From positions 25,422,001 through 25,486,000 of the forward strand of contig CM119371.1 of the NCBI GenBank assembly GCA_051294905.1: a stretch of 64,000 bases of DNA. Direction: 5' to 3'. The stretch comes from Botryllus schlosseri. Lineage: Eukaryota. The notes beneath the pieces are model-generated. The model worked only from the letters and a program-made list of their open reading frames with translations, was not told the origin of the DNA and searched no databases. Of the stretch, positions 25,068-37,548 are shown piece after piece (the first letter of the stretch is position 1; each line of letters opens with the position of its first letter). A program made the position numbers and the translations under genes.

Positions 25068-25762
25068 CAGGGACGGGCAACATACGGCCCGCGAAATGAT
25101 TGTGAGCGGCCCACGGATAGTTTTCGGTCGTAATAATGTGGCCTGGAGCCACGGTCTCCCGCAATCCCCCACTAGTAGCTTTTTACGTCAAATGATTGTG
25201 ACTGCAGGTTATTTAAGCGAGTATGTGTGAGTAGAGTGCGAGAGTGGGGCTTACGCGTAAGTTTGTCAACACGAAAAGGATTTCATTACCGGCGTTTACA
25301 CCTGTGCTCATTTGTAATGAATTTATATATTGGTGAAATTGGGAAAAATCCCATGTCCTCATTCGTATATATACATTGTACCAGGGGCGCGCAACATACG
25401 GCCTGCGGTCACAATCTGCCGCAAGTCTCTACTAATAGCTCACCACGTCAAATTATGGTGACTGTAGGCTACTCATTTTTTTCTTCGGACACAATAAATA
25501 GTGTTTTTTGGTTATTCTTTGGTTGTTTGTTTTCTTTGTGTGTGACATGCAGTATACAAGTTCAAAGAACATGTTTATCACTTTGATCGACCACAGATGT
25601 CTCATTGAGTTGAGCAGCTATTGAAATACATTACATTAAAAAATTCATTGAATACTGTTTTGGTTTCTATGCTTCAAACTTAAAATCTGTTTTAAATACT
25701 CCTAATCCTTGTATAGGTGAATAAAAAACCGTAAAAACGACTGGAGAAGTTGCCCGTCCCTG
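25068..25762. mobile_element. hAT-Charlie MITE
   Basis: TIR CAGGGACGGGCAAC; TSD TTCTACCC. Confidence 0.9.
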
Positions 25763-27334
25763 TTCTACCCGTATTGGAACTGTACTATGTTTCTATTCGT
25801 GATAACTAGGGCAAGTTTTGTTGCAGTTAAATCCGCGGAAAGTTGCATTTATTTATTTATTTTTGACAAAAGTTGCAAAAGTTGCACTAAAAGACCGCAT
25901 TTTGCTCGGTTGACTAAAAAAAGGTCAATTTACCGGCTCAGCTCCCAAAATACCCGTACTTCGATGATGATTTACGGTGTTTCAGTCGAATTTGGCCGTG
26001 TATTTCACAAAAACCGAAAATACTTTCATGAAAAATCGAAAAAGTTGCAAAATGTTACAGAGAGATGCATGAAAAAAATGGACAAAAGTTGCAAAAAGTT
26101 GCACTATAAGATTTCTTCAAACAGCTTAAAACAGTATTCTACATATCTTACGAGTATTTAGGAAGCTGCCGGAAGCTGTAAAAAAAAGTTGCAAAACTTG
26201 CCCTGATAACTGTATTATAGCGGCTTTTGTCGCGTCCCGACTCGATGTTGGTACGTTTCAGTAATCGAAGACTCTGTGGTAGCCTACCACTGTCATGAAA
26301 TAGGCAGGTTACACTTGTGATGCAATGAAATACCAGACGAAATATTTTTACATCAAAAGTCCGTTTATTATGATTCTTATATAAAATAGCATGCAATATG
26401 AATCAATACATTGAATACATTATTATCCCGGTTAAGTTGTAATATACAGCCGCCGTAAAATGAGGACTGAGTTTCAAATAAAAAGTAAGGTGGTTATTAC
26501 ATATTCGTTAGAAATCATCAAAAATGAAACGTAGAGTGAATATGTTCGTCCGGCGATTTATTTTGCTCTTGTTCACATGCAATTTCGAACCCCCCGACAA
26601 TCATTAAGTGAAAGTCAGTAGCATTCCAATTTTTTTGGATGAATACGTAAATGCAGTACTATTACAAATTCATATGCGAAAGAAATTTGTTACTACTAAT
26701 AATGGAGCAAAGTAGTCAACCAAAAGTTGATAATATAAGTAGTTAATGCCAATTGATGAGTAGCAACGTTCGACATATGTCTAATCGTGTCATATATCAT
26801 TAGGCTGTGGCTTGACTCAGGATACAAAAACTCGTGAAGCAGTTTTGCTCGTAAGTAGCCGACCATCTTTGATGATTAGGGGCGTATAGCAAAAGCAAAT
26901 TTATATGACGCAAGCCTCTATCTTGAAAATATTTCAGGGGTTCGTTGCTGATGTTGCCTTGAAAGTATTGGTGAAAATATCCGATAAACACATCCTTGAA
27001 AATCGGTAAGAGGGTTGCAAGCAATCGAATACTTTTTGCTTAGCACATTACTAATTTAATAAGTGTTTCTTGTCGAAATCACACTTCACTCATTCAGGCT
27101 ATATAATGAGGATTTTGAAATGATAAAAACGCAAGGGGCGGAAAAAAGACCGATACTATTAGCATAAAGTTATATTCATAACAACGTCCAAAACCGTCCA
27201 AAGTCTTATACGTCAATAAAAAACTGATTACATGCACGCTCAACACCAACGTATAGATAATATTTTAGAAACGTCATCCCAAATGTTAACTAATGATATA
27301 TGGCAATATCCAAGGCATTTTTCTGCTCCTAAAA

Positions 27335-27579
27335 TTAGCAATGCAATTTCAAATTTCCACCGTCCAGGCCGACTCTTTTCGAAGTGTCCATCTCGATCAC
27401 GTTCATTTTCATTGATTTCCGGTGGGGCGGAATTGAGCTCCGTAACCAACGGACTAATTTGCTTTTCTGAGCTAACAGACGATCAGGAAGATTGGAGTAG
27501 AGAAATGGATTGAGAGCGCTGTTAATCGGGAGGATGAGTAAACCGGTTGGCAGATAGGCGTCGTCCGGGATATTAATAC
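27335..27579 (-). CDS. LDLa-GPCR (RXFP/GRL101-like), last exon: TM7 and C-tail
   Basis: tttag| GINIPDDAYLPTGLLILPINSALNPFLYS..KLHC*; LPINSALNP is the LGR/RXFP TM7 signature. Confidence 0.9.
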
Positions 27580-28467
27580 CTAAAATTAAATATTGTAAAC
27601 GCAAATATAAATGGTAATTGAACACGATATCCCTTCACCATTAGATTCTGTACATGCTTGTTTAACATATAGTTAATATCGCTTCGATTTGCTACTCTGC
27701 AATTGTATGTAACACTGTCACATTCAAAGGCGATTTGGATGGAATATCTCCAACCCCCATTCAGGAACGAGGAACAGGAATATCCCTCTTCATTCCATCT
27801 TATGTAGTCAATGCGTAACATTGCAGTAATAGTTTCGAAAGACGCTAATCATTTTACTGATGCCATTACAGTAAGATATGCCAAGGCAATTATCATTCTA
27901 AGCCCGCCGGACTTCGCTGGGTGCAGGAAGTGATTAACACTGCATCTTGATGTAAAGTCGATTGTATGTGTGTTTGGGAGGTAGGATCAATGAACCTTGG
28001 TGACTATTGATAAACTCCTATAGGTTATCATCACGTGCATTGCAGGCAACGAAGTCAATATCCACAGTCCTTGTATACGTTATGGGGACCCGGTGCGGAA
28101 GCAGTGCGTCAAATGCATTGGATTGATACCCGCTATTATAGATCCTGTGTTTGGCTCGTCTCCAAGTAACCTCAAGCATCCCGCAAGTCACGCACAAGTG
28201 ACGCTACTCGATGCTGCAGATGACTTTGTAAGTCCATTATATTAGTCTGTGTTGATTCTCTGTAGCAATTCCCATCACCAAAACCAAATACGTCATTAAA
28301 CTTGAATATTTGATGACATTTGCCGGTCCGACGTATGAGACTAAGAACAATGTCCCCTGATAATATTGCCCTGACTCTTAGAGCAACTGTTGAGAATCAT
28401 TGCTAGGTACCTACCCACTTATGATAGTAGAGAGTTTAAATTTGTTTCTCAATTCGCAATCATGTAC

Positions 28468-28622
28468 CTGCCAGCTTCAAGAAACCCATAATGCATACAG
28501 GCATCCAGCAAAGAAAATCGGACACGAGGATCCTGGTGAGCTTGCGTTGCATAGTAGCGCTTTGCTTGCTCCTTTGGTCGCGAGATTTTGCTGATTCGAG
28601 AGCCTTTGTACTGCTCGCCTTT
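28468..28622 (-). CDS. LDLa-GPCR exon: ICL3 and TM6
   Basis: cag| KASST..MQRKLTRILVSDFLCWMPVCIMGFLKLA |gtacat; 155 nt, phases 2 and 1 fit neighbours. Confidence 0.9.
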
Positions 28623-29743
28623 CTGTGAAAGAACTACAAGTGTGATAGACCTTCTACACTGTAGAATTTCGAAAATGCAAAACTTGTCTTCAGAGATCTT
28701 TGTCGTTGACGTAGCCCTTTGGACGGGGTCGAGAAAGTATGATTCGCGAGAAAAATACGGTTCAATGATCGTATCAGATATATATAGTTTTATATATATA
28801 CAGTTTTAAATTATTCGCGCTAATGAAAAGTCGTGGTATTTTTCTTGACGTTTTTTTCTAGTAAAATTTTTCAAGGGTGATATTTGATACATGCGCAGCA
28901 AATTTTGCTGCACAGTATACAAGGCATTACATTGTTGTTATTTATATTCAGTAAATGCTTATCATGTGGTAATCTTTTGCAACGCAGCCAATGACTACGT
29001 ATGATGAAATGCACCACGATTGAAAAAGGCCTAAATATGGCATACAATGTAAGAGATAATTTGTCGGCACGACAATAAAATACAATCAATGCTCCAAAAT
29101 CAGACGTGGTGAATATAAGACATCATGGATCCTGGACGTGAGACTGAGTTAACATTAACTTCAATTTCGATTTCCTTGCACCATCAAGTCACGAATCCCT
29201 AATTGTCACGCCAAAGGTGATTGACATATCGTTCTTTAGGAAATACAATTGATAATATTTGGCCAATACGACTACTCTAGCGGAAAAGGTTCGCGACCCC
29301 TACTTTGCGCAATCAGATAAGAAGGTTCGTGATTTGTCTTCGTCCAGCCAGGTAACATCGACCGTAATCAGTACTAGGCACTTGGTCACAATATCAATGC
29401 TCAATATATTGCCCCTGGTGCATGGGTTGGTTGTCGCATAATATTATACGCATGGCATACGCAAGTTTATCGATATAGGCAAGTTGAAATGACTGCTAAA
29501 GAACATGATGAAATGAATCTATATCATAAGCGAAATTACAAGCGTTTTCGCGATGAATGTCATTTTGTTGGTTTGATAAGTACAAATTGGGCAACGGTCT
29601 TCAAACTGAGTTCAATTGCTCAAATATCTTACATATTCCACCACGTGATTTTCGAAATTTTGCGTAAAAACAAGTGATTTCCATAAGACGCATCCTAAAA
29701 TATACCAGCACCGAATGCTTTGTTGTGAACTTATATCTCTCAC

Positions 29744-29962
29744 CTGTATAACTTCACGTAGCAGACGAGCATGAATACGAACGCCAGAAAATTGGTTACC
29801 AGAAGAATGAACGAGTACATCCATGCCTTGTCTTTGCGGTCAGGAAATAACGTGGGAAGGCAAACTGTGTGACTGGAATAGTATCCGAATTCATGGGTCG
29901 TCGTTATCGGGTTACTTGGATTGATTTTTGCGACAAGTCTCCTCAACGTTCCCCACCCAGTG
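29744..29962 (-). CDS. LDLa-GPCR exon: ECL2 and TM5
   Basis: TGWGTLRRL..EFGYYSSHTVCLPTLF..WMYSFILLVTNFLAFVFMLVCYVKLYR |gtgaga. Confidence 0.9.
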
Positions 29963-30018
29963 CTGTTGAGTCAATATCTTCAATTTCACACGTTTTGCAC
30001 TAATCAGTATGGCCTCAC

Positions 30019-30129
30019 TTGGTAACATTATCTTCGGTTGTGAAATTCTTCATTAAACTGAGCCAGGTAATGATGCGCTTCTGATCGGTCTGATTGACCT
30101 TAGTTTTGAAAATCGAAGTGTCATTAAAT
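30019..30129 (-). CDS. LDLa-GPCR exon: extended ECL2
   Basis: ttccag| FNDTSIFKTKVNQTDQKRIITWLSLMKNFTTEDNVT |gtgagg; 111 nt, phase 2-2; several N-x-T sites. Confidence 0.8.
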
Positions 30130-30196
30130 CTGGAAATAATTAGCATAGTCATTGTTCGAGTGCATAAATTATATCCAATTTGAACTTTATCATGTC

Positions 30197-30570
30197 TAGG
30201 GTTGCATTTAAAACAAACGGTGTTTTAAAGCACTTTGTGTTATAAACAAAAGCCTTTTGGAAAATTTTGTTATTTTTAAGTGGTAAAATTATGCCCTAAT
30301 GGTCTAAATACTTCTCAAAAATATGTTGTATAAGCCAACGGCCGATTACCACCCGATGTACCGACGAATACGATATGGGATGGTTGGAACCCTCAAAATA
30401 GTCTGTTCAACAGCAATAGTACAGATATTTCGTCAAAGGAGCTATAATTACCCTATAATTTTCAATTGGCAATATCAATCCATTATAACGTCACAATTGA
30501 ATTTTCGTGACGTCATTACTTTTAAAAAAAATGTTGTTTAAAATTGATTTTTGTTTTAAATGCAACCGTA
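30197..30570. mobile_element. hAT-like MITE (intronic)
   Basis: TAGGGTTGCATTTAAAACAAA / TTTGTTTTAAATGCAACCGTA; degenerate TSD ATCATGTC/GTCATGCC. Confidence 0.7.
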
Positions 30571-30876
30571 GTCATGCCCGTGCGTGAGTTCTTCGGAAAG
30601 GAAAGACCTACATTTTTTCAAAATTCTTCACACTATGGCTACGGTGTACTGATACACTACTGGTCACGAGACTGTGCTTATTCAATTTCAATTTTCTTTA
30701 AAGCTCTAACAAATCCTGTTTTTTCGTGATGTTGCAAATGACCTTTGCGTGTATTGAGCAGGAATGTTCATCTACAGTACTGTAACTCAAATATTTCCTG
30801 TCATTTCTGTCACGACCTCAAGCTGCGCGCATAACTATCAGTTTGCAGTGGATGTAGTATCGAAAATCGTGTTTAC

Positions 30877-31233
30877 TAGGGTTACCATGTTTTGTAAATC
30901 TCAAAAGAGGAGACTTTTTCAAAATTTTTAGACCCGAAATACCGGAGGAAAATCCAGAAAAATTGGTAAATCTTCACCCAATCGTGGTCGGTTGACTGAA
31001 TAGGAATAAAAAAAAAGGTAAATTTTCGGGTCCAGCGCCCAAAATAGCCGCCGCAGCGTTACTTCAATGCTGATTTACTGTACCTGACTCGAATTTTCTC
31101 CATATTTAAACGGAATTCTCAAAACAGTGAACAAAATCTAAAAAAGAGGACGTTTGGGCGTCCTCCGAGGAAACTTTCAGAAAATTCAAAAAAGAGGACA
31201 GAACCTTTTAAAAGACGACGTATGGTAACCCTA
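30877..31233. mobile_element. hAT-like MITE (intronic)
   Basis: TAGGGTTACCAT TIR; TSD GTGTTTAC/GTGTTCAC. Confidence 0.85.
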
Positions 31234-31709
31234 GTGTTCACTGACTCTCGCTGTAATCCAAAGCGCATATTATGGATTGAATAACAATTTTTGATCAGAT
31301 ATGATTCATAAAACTAAATCAACTAACTATCAGTGCATTGTACGGAAAATGAAGCATATCAGAAAACCCGGCGGTTTGTTATTCTTATGGTTTATTTTTG
31401 ATGTTTTTACAATTCCCAGTGCGAGTGGTAACACAAATATGTCGCAAGAGTGCATACCGGTGTCGATTCCACGTTTGATATTTACTTTACCCGTTGTTTC
31501 GCCGAGGTTGCGATCAAACATGGTAACCATCCTTATAATCTATGTCTTTCTAGTTTCATTGGTTGCATTGGTTGTAAACTACATTGGATCAAGTCTCTAT
31601 GTTGTTTTCGCGAATATAAACTTGGGACATTTGTATAGAGTTTCCATATTTATTCAATCTCAACATAACCTGACCCAACACCGTAAAATTATTAAAGCTA
31701 TTTACTCAC

Positions 31710-31835
31710 GATATAAATTTCAAAAAGTAATCCTCGTTGGAAGGGATCAACGGTATCAATCCAAATAGTATAGAGACCGTCCAGGATACCATGAGGGAAA
31801 TTCCTGCTGTCTTGAATTTCGGCCTTGACATGGGT
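31710..31835 (-). CDS. LDLa-GPCR exon: ICL2 and TM4
   Basis: ttcag| PMSRPKFKTAGISLMVSWTVSILFGLIPLIPSNEDYFLKFI |gtgagt; 126 nt, phase 2-2. Confidence 0.88.
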
Positions 31836-32342
31836 CTGAAATCAACGAAAACTAATCAGATCTATGGAAGAACATGCTAACAGAGTCCACGGAACCGGAG
31901 GACAAGTGACAACAGAGAGAGGAAGGGGGTAAAATGAGCAGGAGATATCCTGAAATACCGTTGTTGAATGGATTTTGATCTTTGAATTCAGAATGCATGT
32001 CGGAAACAAGGGAAACTAAGGACTAAGGAAGGAATAACTAACAATCACTATTAACATTGCATAGGCCCAGATGGGTGTCTGACCACAAAGACTACTCCAA
32101 GTCGTTTCCGGACCTTCCTATCTTTCATGGTATCGCAGTCTTATGATGTTTGAAATGATGAAATTTTATGAATAAACTTGAAACTTGAACTAACATTTGT
32201 GTCCGAAAAATAGAAAGAATAACCTACAGCCATGCACTATTATTTTACGTAGTAAGCAATTATAGTCGAGAATTGCGGAAGGCTGCGGCAATAGGTCCGC
32301 ATTATCATGTACGACCGGAAACTGTCTGTAGGCCACACAAAG

Positions 32343-33308
32343 TAGGGATGGTGTGAACCTCTGAAAGGTTCAGGTTCGTGTGAACGTGAACCTTTTTGAA
32401 AGGTTCTGTGTGAACACGAACGTGAACCTCGTGACGTCACGTGACGTCATATTGCTAATTCCAACCCTATCTTTCAATGAAGTGATAGTCTATGCCCTAG
32501 ATTAATCTACACGATACCTAGCGAAGACTCGGCCCACATAATGCCACAATGCTGAAGTACATATCGGCGTTTTAAACGTCGCTAAATGTATCAACCGCGG
32601 TAATCAAAGGATATAATAATTTCGACGAGGACTTACCAAGGAATATAAGCTTACGCCTTAACGGTCTTATAGCCAGACCGGACAATGTGTTCGGAGTCTG
32701 AGTATTGCTACATTGATATTGAGCAGAGTGTACAATGGGTTTCTATACTAGCTACCGATACCACAAACAACAAGTTATGCAGCAGTAACAAGCACCTTAA
32801 CCGCACGGATTTGGTTTTATTGATACAGTAAAGATATGAAGTCAAGATTGACCCTGTACGCCCGTTCGATTTTTTACATCAGAAGACGATATCAATGTCA
32901 TTGATTGGTTGAATAAGCAACATTCGCTGACTACGTATATCGCTCGTGATGTTGTGTGATTGCGGGTCAAGCTCACAGCAGAGAGTCACTAAATATTCAC
33001 AAACGCAAAGCCGGATATTCCGAGAAAATTTTTGCAACAAAGCAAGTAAAACTTTTAAGGTTGTAGAGGTGCATGGTGCATGCTCGTTTAGTGTTGATTT
33101 TTTATGCTGCCAGCACCATTCATGGAGTGACCCGCAGTTGAAATGCCATAAATTTGAGCCAACGATCTTATAATGGAGTGAAAATTACAATTTACCAAAA
33201 GGTTCACAGTGCAGAACCTACCAAGGTTCTGTTGTGAACGCGAACCTCTAAATTTCCGAGGTTCACACACAGAACGCGAACGTGAACCTCACGTTCACAC
33301 CATCCCTA
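32343..33308. mobile_element. hAT MITE, same family as 22532-24712, opposite orientation
   Basis: TIR TAGGGATGGTGTGAAC; perfect TSD ACACAAAG. Confidence 0.9.
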
Positions 33309-33370
33309 ACACAAAGTCACGTCGCTGGCCGTGTGTTGCCCGTCCCTAGTCAATCTATATCCATACTTAC

Positions 33371-33552
33371 CTCATGACAGCATGGAGACGGTACACTGTT
33401 ATTAAAACCATAGTCAGAACCGATTGTTCGGACCCAATGATCAACAGAGCGCCCAACATAGAACAAGTGGTGCTCGATCTCCAATCTATGTCAACATTGC
33501 AGTAACTCCCCTCCACTTGAACGGCTTTGATGCAAATGGAAACGGTGTATAC
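33371..33552 (-). CDS. LDLa-GPCR exon: end of TM2, ECL1, TM3
   Basis: VYTVSICIKAVQVEGSYCNVDIDWRSSTTCSMLGALLIIGSEQSVLTMVLITVYRLHAVM |gtaagt; W.SS..C...G and SE.SV are RXFP-type motifs. Confidence 0.92.
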
Positions 33553-33614
33553 CTGTAGTTGTTAGTGAGAATGAGAAAGACGTCAGCACTCAACATTCGC
33601 ATGCGATTCATTAC

Positions 33615-33763
33615 CCCAACGAGTAAGTCAGAAATCGATAGACTGAGTATGAGGAGCTTGTTGATGTTTTTGCGCGATGACTTGCCTGCACGTCCCTCAG
33701 ATTTCATGATGTCATGTAGTGTCGATACAACTACAAAAGTACATCCCATGATAGCAAAGATGC
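33615..33763 (-). CDS. LDLa-GPCR exon: TM1 to TM2
   Basis: cag| IFAIMGCTFVVVSTL..NKLLILSLSISDLLVG |gtaatg; 62-nt intron to the next exon. Confidence 0.9.
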
Positions 33764-34979
33764 CTGTGTAACAACAAGTTTACACTTAAATTACTCTCAT
33801 CAGCACAGTGGAAATTGTCTATTGAACTATTGCATCGCCTCCAAATATTGAAGAATCCCTGTAATTTCACTAGTTTTTTAAGCCAGTTCAAATATTCTGT
33901 AGGCCTATAGCGAAGTTTTCGACTGCTTTTATAAGGTGACTTTTGGATATTGAACAAGCAATCGGTAACATAAATATACCAATGTATCATTATTTAAAGA
34001 AAGGCTATGGATAAAATTCAATAACACGAAATTTTCGAAATATATAAGATTGCAAAATGCATTAAAACAATGAGGCCCTTAGTAATAAAGTGAATAAAAG
34101 AAGTGGACTCAAGTCGGACATAGTGATGAATGATGATGACTTTGAACTAATTCATGAACACAACTATTCGCCTTCAGTCATTTTAATATACAGGTTAGAT
34201 CTTAATATGTAACACATATTTGCGATTCGATATCTAGACCAGTGGTTCTCAACCTTATTCGCCTCGCGGACCGGTAAAATTTCAAAAAATGTCTGGCGGA
34301 CCGGTGAACTGTCAAAATTGAATTGAAGCCAAAATGTAAAGTATGCAACCGTTTTTGGAAATTAGCCTATATAATGCTAGAGAGTGACATTTGGAGGGTT
34401 TTGATCGTATTTAATAATATTAATGATGGCATCCATGTGATTTTATGGTAGTGAGTCTGCCAAGTCGAGGTAAAATTGCCTTGTCCAGATAAACGTGCTA
34501 CCACTGAGAGTCGTTTACAGTCTTTCGCGCCAAAGGCCGTGGGTTTAAACGGCCACGCCAACTCAATACCGATCGACAATATCGAGAGAAGAAGCGTATC
34601 GGAGTCGAACCAAGCACCTTGTCATGCTACCTTGCTCATTGCCCACTGCCACCAGACGCAGGCTACTCCGGCAACTGCGAATACAGTGCGTGCCGCAAGA
34701 AAACACATTACAGCAGCTATACCGGCCATCATAGGCGCCGAACGCTAATTTTCCTTAGGCATGCGAGTTCGATGACGTCACAAAGGAATGACGTCATGAT
34801 CCGACGGAATTGATAATTAGGGATAATATAGCATCAATTCATGAGGGTTAAGTGCCTGCATAAATGCCGATTATGCAATATCTTCGTGTTAACAAACTTG
34901 CGCGTATTATAAGCTTGTCAACGAGTCCGGAAGCGCTGTCAATTAGCGAGTCCCTGATCGCTAGCGAACAATTAAATAC

Positions 34980-37317
34980 CAGTGTTGGGATCAAGTCACT
35001 ACCTTCGAGTCACGAGTCATTTCGAGTCATTGCACATTTTGACTCGAGTCAAGTCAAGTCAATCGATTTTCGAAGGTGACTCGAGTCAAGTCAAGTCACT
35101 CGTTTTTTGGAGGTGACTCGAGTCAAGTCGAGTCAAGTCAAGTCAAGTCAAGTCAAGTCACGAGTCAAGTCACAATTCAAGTCAAATTGGTTTTTCGAAG
35201 TATGAGTGATGATTCAAAGTCATTACATTTTGCTAGATTTGTGAGAGACAGGTGTATTGGCAGGCCGTGTTATTTTTGGCATATGCCAAATCTGCCAAAA
35301 ATAACTTATTTTTGGCATTTTTTTATTTTTATTTTTGGCAGTTTTGGCATCGTCCTTTAAATAGATAGTTTTAGCCTCGAATTAGTCACAAAAACGCTTT
35401 ATTTGGGCTAGTTTGTCAAAAGACACCACAAAATGTGCAGCATCCACGTATAATCAGTGCCAACAAACAATAAGAAGAAGAAAAAACCTAACGATTTCAT
35501 AGGTTAATAATATCAAACGAAACCACAAAATGTGCAGTATCCATCGGAATCGGTGCCCATAAGCAAAAAAGAAAGAAAGGAAAGCCTAACAAACACGCTC
35601 AACAGCTGATTGTTACAGCTGTTGAATAGACTTAAATCGTTTGCACTGTAACAGTGCTTCCAAACTCAGGTCAGCTAAGTTTCTCCTAAATTCATTTCTC
35701 GCCCAGCCAATCTAGGAAATATCGGCTTCAACAGTAGCCGTTGAGGGAAAGAATGTTGCCAGTCATCCACAACAGGTTTTCAGAGCTTCAAAATCTTCGG
35801 AGGGCCGAACCGGCTTCCATGCATCATGATAAGAGATCACTTCGCCAGTGCCATCGATCTCATCGCGGAAAGAATTTTCTTCCCGATCCTTTTCCAGGAG
35901 TTTCATGTGTTGTCTCTCAACACATTCTATTAAGTAGCCCGACTATCATTTCTCCTTCAGTCTACCGATATATTTTCGGAGGACTTTTGTCACTTCAGGT
36001 GGCTTTAATATTACCAACTCGCATGGAAGAGTCCTGGGAAGGTTAGCTTGTTTAAGAACATTGACGCAACAAGACTGTCTGGCAAAACGGGACTATGCAG
36101 CTCAGAAATAGCCAGACAGTTTGTTGCGTCACAATGTTCAACTCGATCACAATGCAAAAATTGTGGTTGATTTTGGGGGTTCAAGTGCCATGAGCAGAAT
36201 ATAATTTATATTTTAATAATCAGTACTGCGGCAGCTTCTCATTAATACCCGTTTTATCAAATTTAGCGCTAGACGAGCCGGTCAAAAATGGTCGTGAAAC
36301 TGCCTTTGCACAAATGGAAAGTATGACGTAAACCAAATGCAGTCAGCCGTCCAATCTCGCTGTGCCCACACCATTTAGGACACCATGCTTTCACCCCTAC
36401 TGGGTGCGCTGGGCCCAGATTAAGAAACCTGCCTTTCACAAACGCTATTCTCGCTTGTAACGCGGTCCTGTTAACACAACACCATGAACAAAATACACTA
36501 TTTGGCAGGCCGTGTTATTTTTGGCATATGCCAAAAATTGCTTATTTTTGGCATTTTCAAATTTTTATTTTTGGCAGTTTTGGCATCTGGCTCCTGAAAT
36601 GCCAAAAATAACACGGCCTGTGTATTGGTCATATATCTTGCATTAATTACGAGTACAAAGTCTAATATACATGCCAAAGGGCGTTGTATCGCTCACGCAG
36701 ACGTAGAGCAGCTAATAAAATACTTGAGGCAAAATAGAGGATCGAATACGAAGCGTCGAGAAGTTGAAACATTATTGATATGGTATAATACACTACCCAT
36801 CTACACATCCGTGAGAATATAAACGCATAAACTACATTCGTTCCATTCAATTCATACAAGGAGGTCGGATAAGGTGCATGGGCACTGCGCGATGTAAGCC
36901 GTCTAAGAAACAGAGATACGTTTGCTATTAGATTATACTTCTGATTTCACATAAACGTAAGCTGTCATCAGTTCGTTTTCGGTCAATTTATTTGTGATGT
37001 AACAAGGGGGGGCACTGAAAGGTACAATCAGTGAATGACTGGTTGCTCTCACAAGTGACACATGCGTATCGCGAATAATCCGAACATAAAAATGATACAG
37101 AGATTTAATCGACACCGTTTACTTGATGACTTGAAATTGACTCGTAAATTTTTCTCCGAGTCTCGAGTCAATCCGCATTTCTGAAGCGCCGAGTCAAGTC
37201 AAGTCAAGTCATTTTTTCAAAGTGACTCGAGTCAAGTCAAGTCATACGAAAAAGTTGACTCGAGGCTGACTCGAGTCTGACTCGAGTCAAGTCATGACTC
37301 GAGTCATCCCAACACTG
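34980..37317. mobile_element. hAT element with (CAAGT)n/GACTCGAGTC subterminal arrays
   Basis: TIR CAGTGTTGGGAT; TSD TTAAATAC; tandem arrays at ~35000-35190 and ~37125-37310. Confidence 0.85.
35261..36620. mobile_element. hAT-like composite MITE (two left ends, one right end)
   Basis: TIR CAGGCCGTGTTATTTTTGGCAT at 35261 and again at 36506; right end 36620; TSD TGTATTGG flanks the outer ends. Confidence 0.8.
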
Positions 37318-37548
37318 TTAAATACGCCGCTTATCAACGCGTATTACGTAACCTCGGCGACGATTTGCGCAAGGCAAAATGTCAGAGTTGTTATGGAATC
37401 TGTTCTACAATGGCACCGATTTCAGGCTGTTCAAACCTTTCTCGTCTGTTACAACTCAAGCCTTGACAGTTGACACACATCTTCTGATGGTTATGTTTAG
37501 GTAATAGCGGAATTCACTTACGCATGCACAGCGCACTCACAATCGCAC

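Noticed and set aside
31301..31768. 155-aa hydrophobic plus-strand ORF
   Set aside because: Antisense to the GPCR exon and intron, with no recognisable motif.
34995..35190. Regular GAGTCAAGTC arrays (also ~37125-37310 and ~44045-44160) as CRISPR or satellite
   Set aside because: No unique spacers; they are subterminal repeats of a TIR/TSD-bounded hAT element in eukaryotic DNA.
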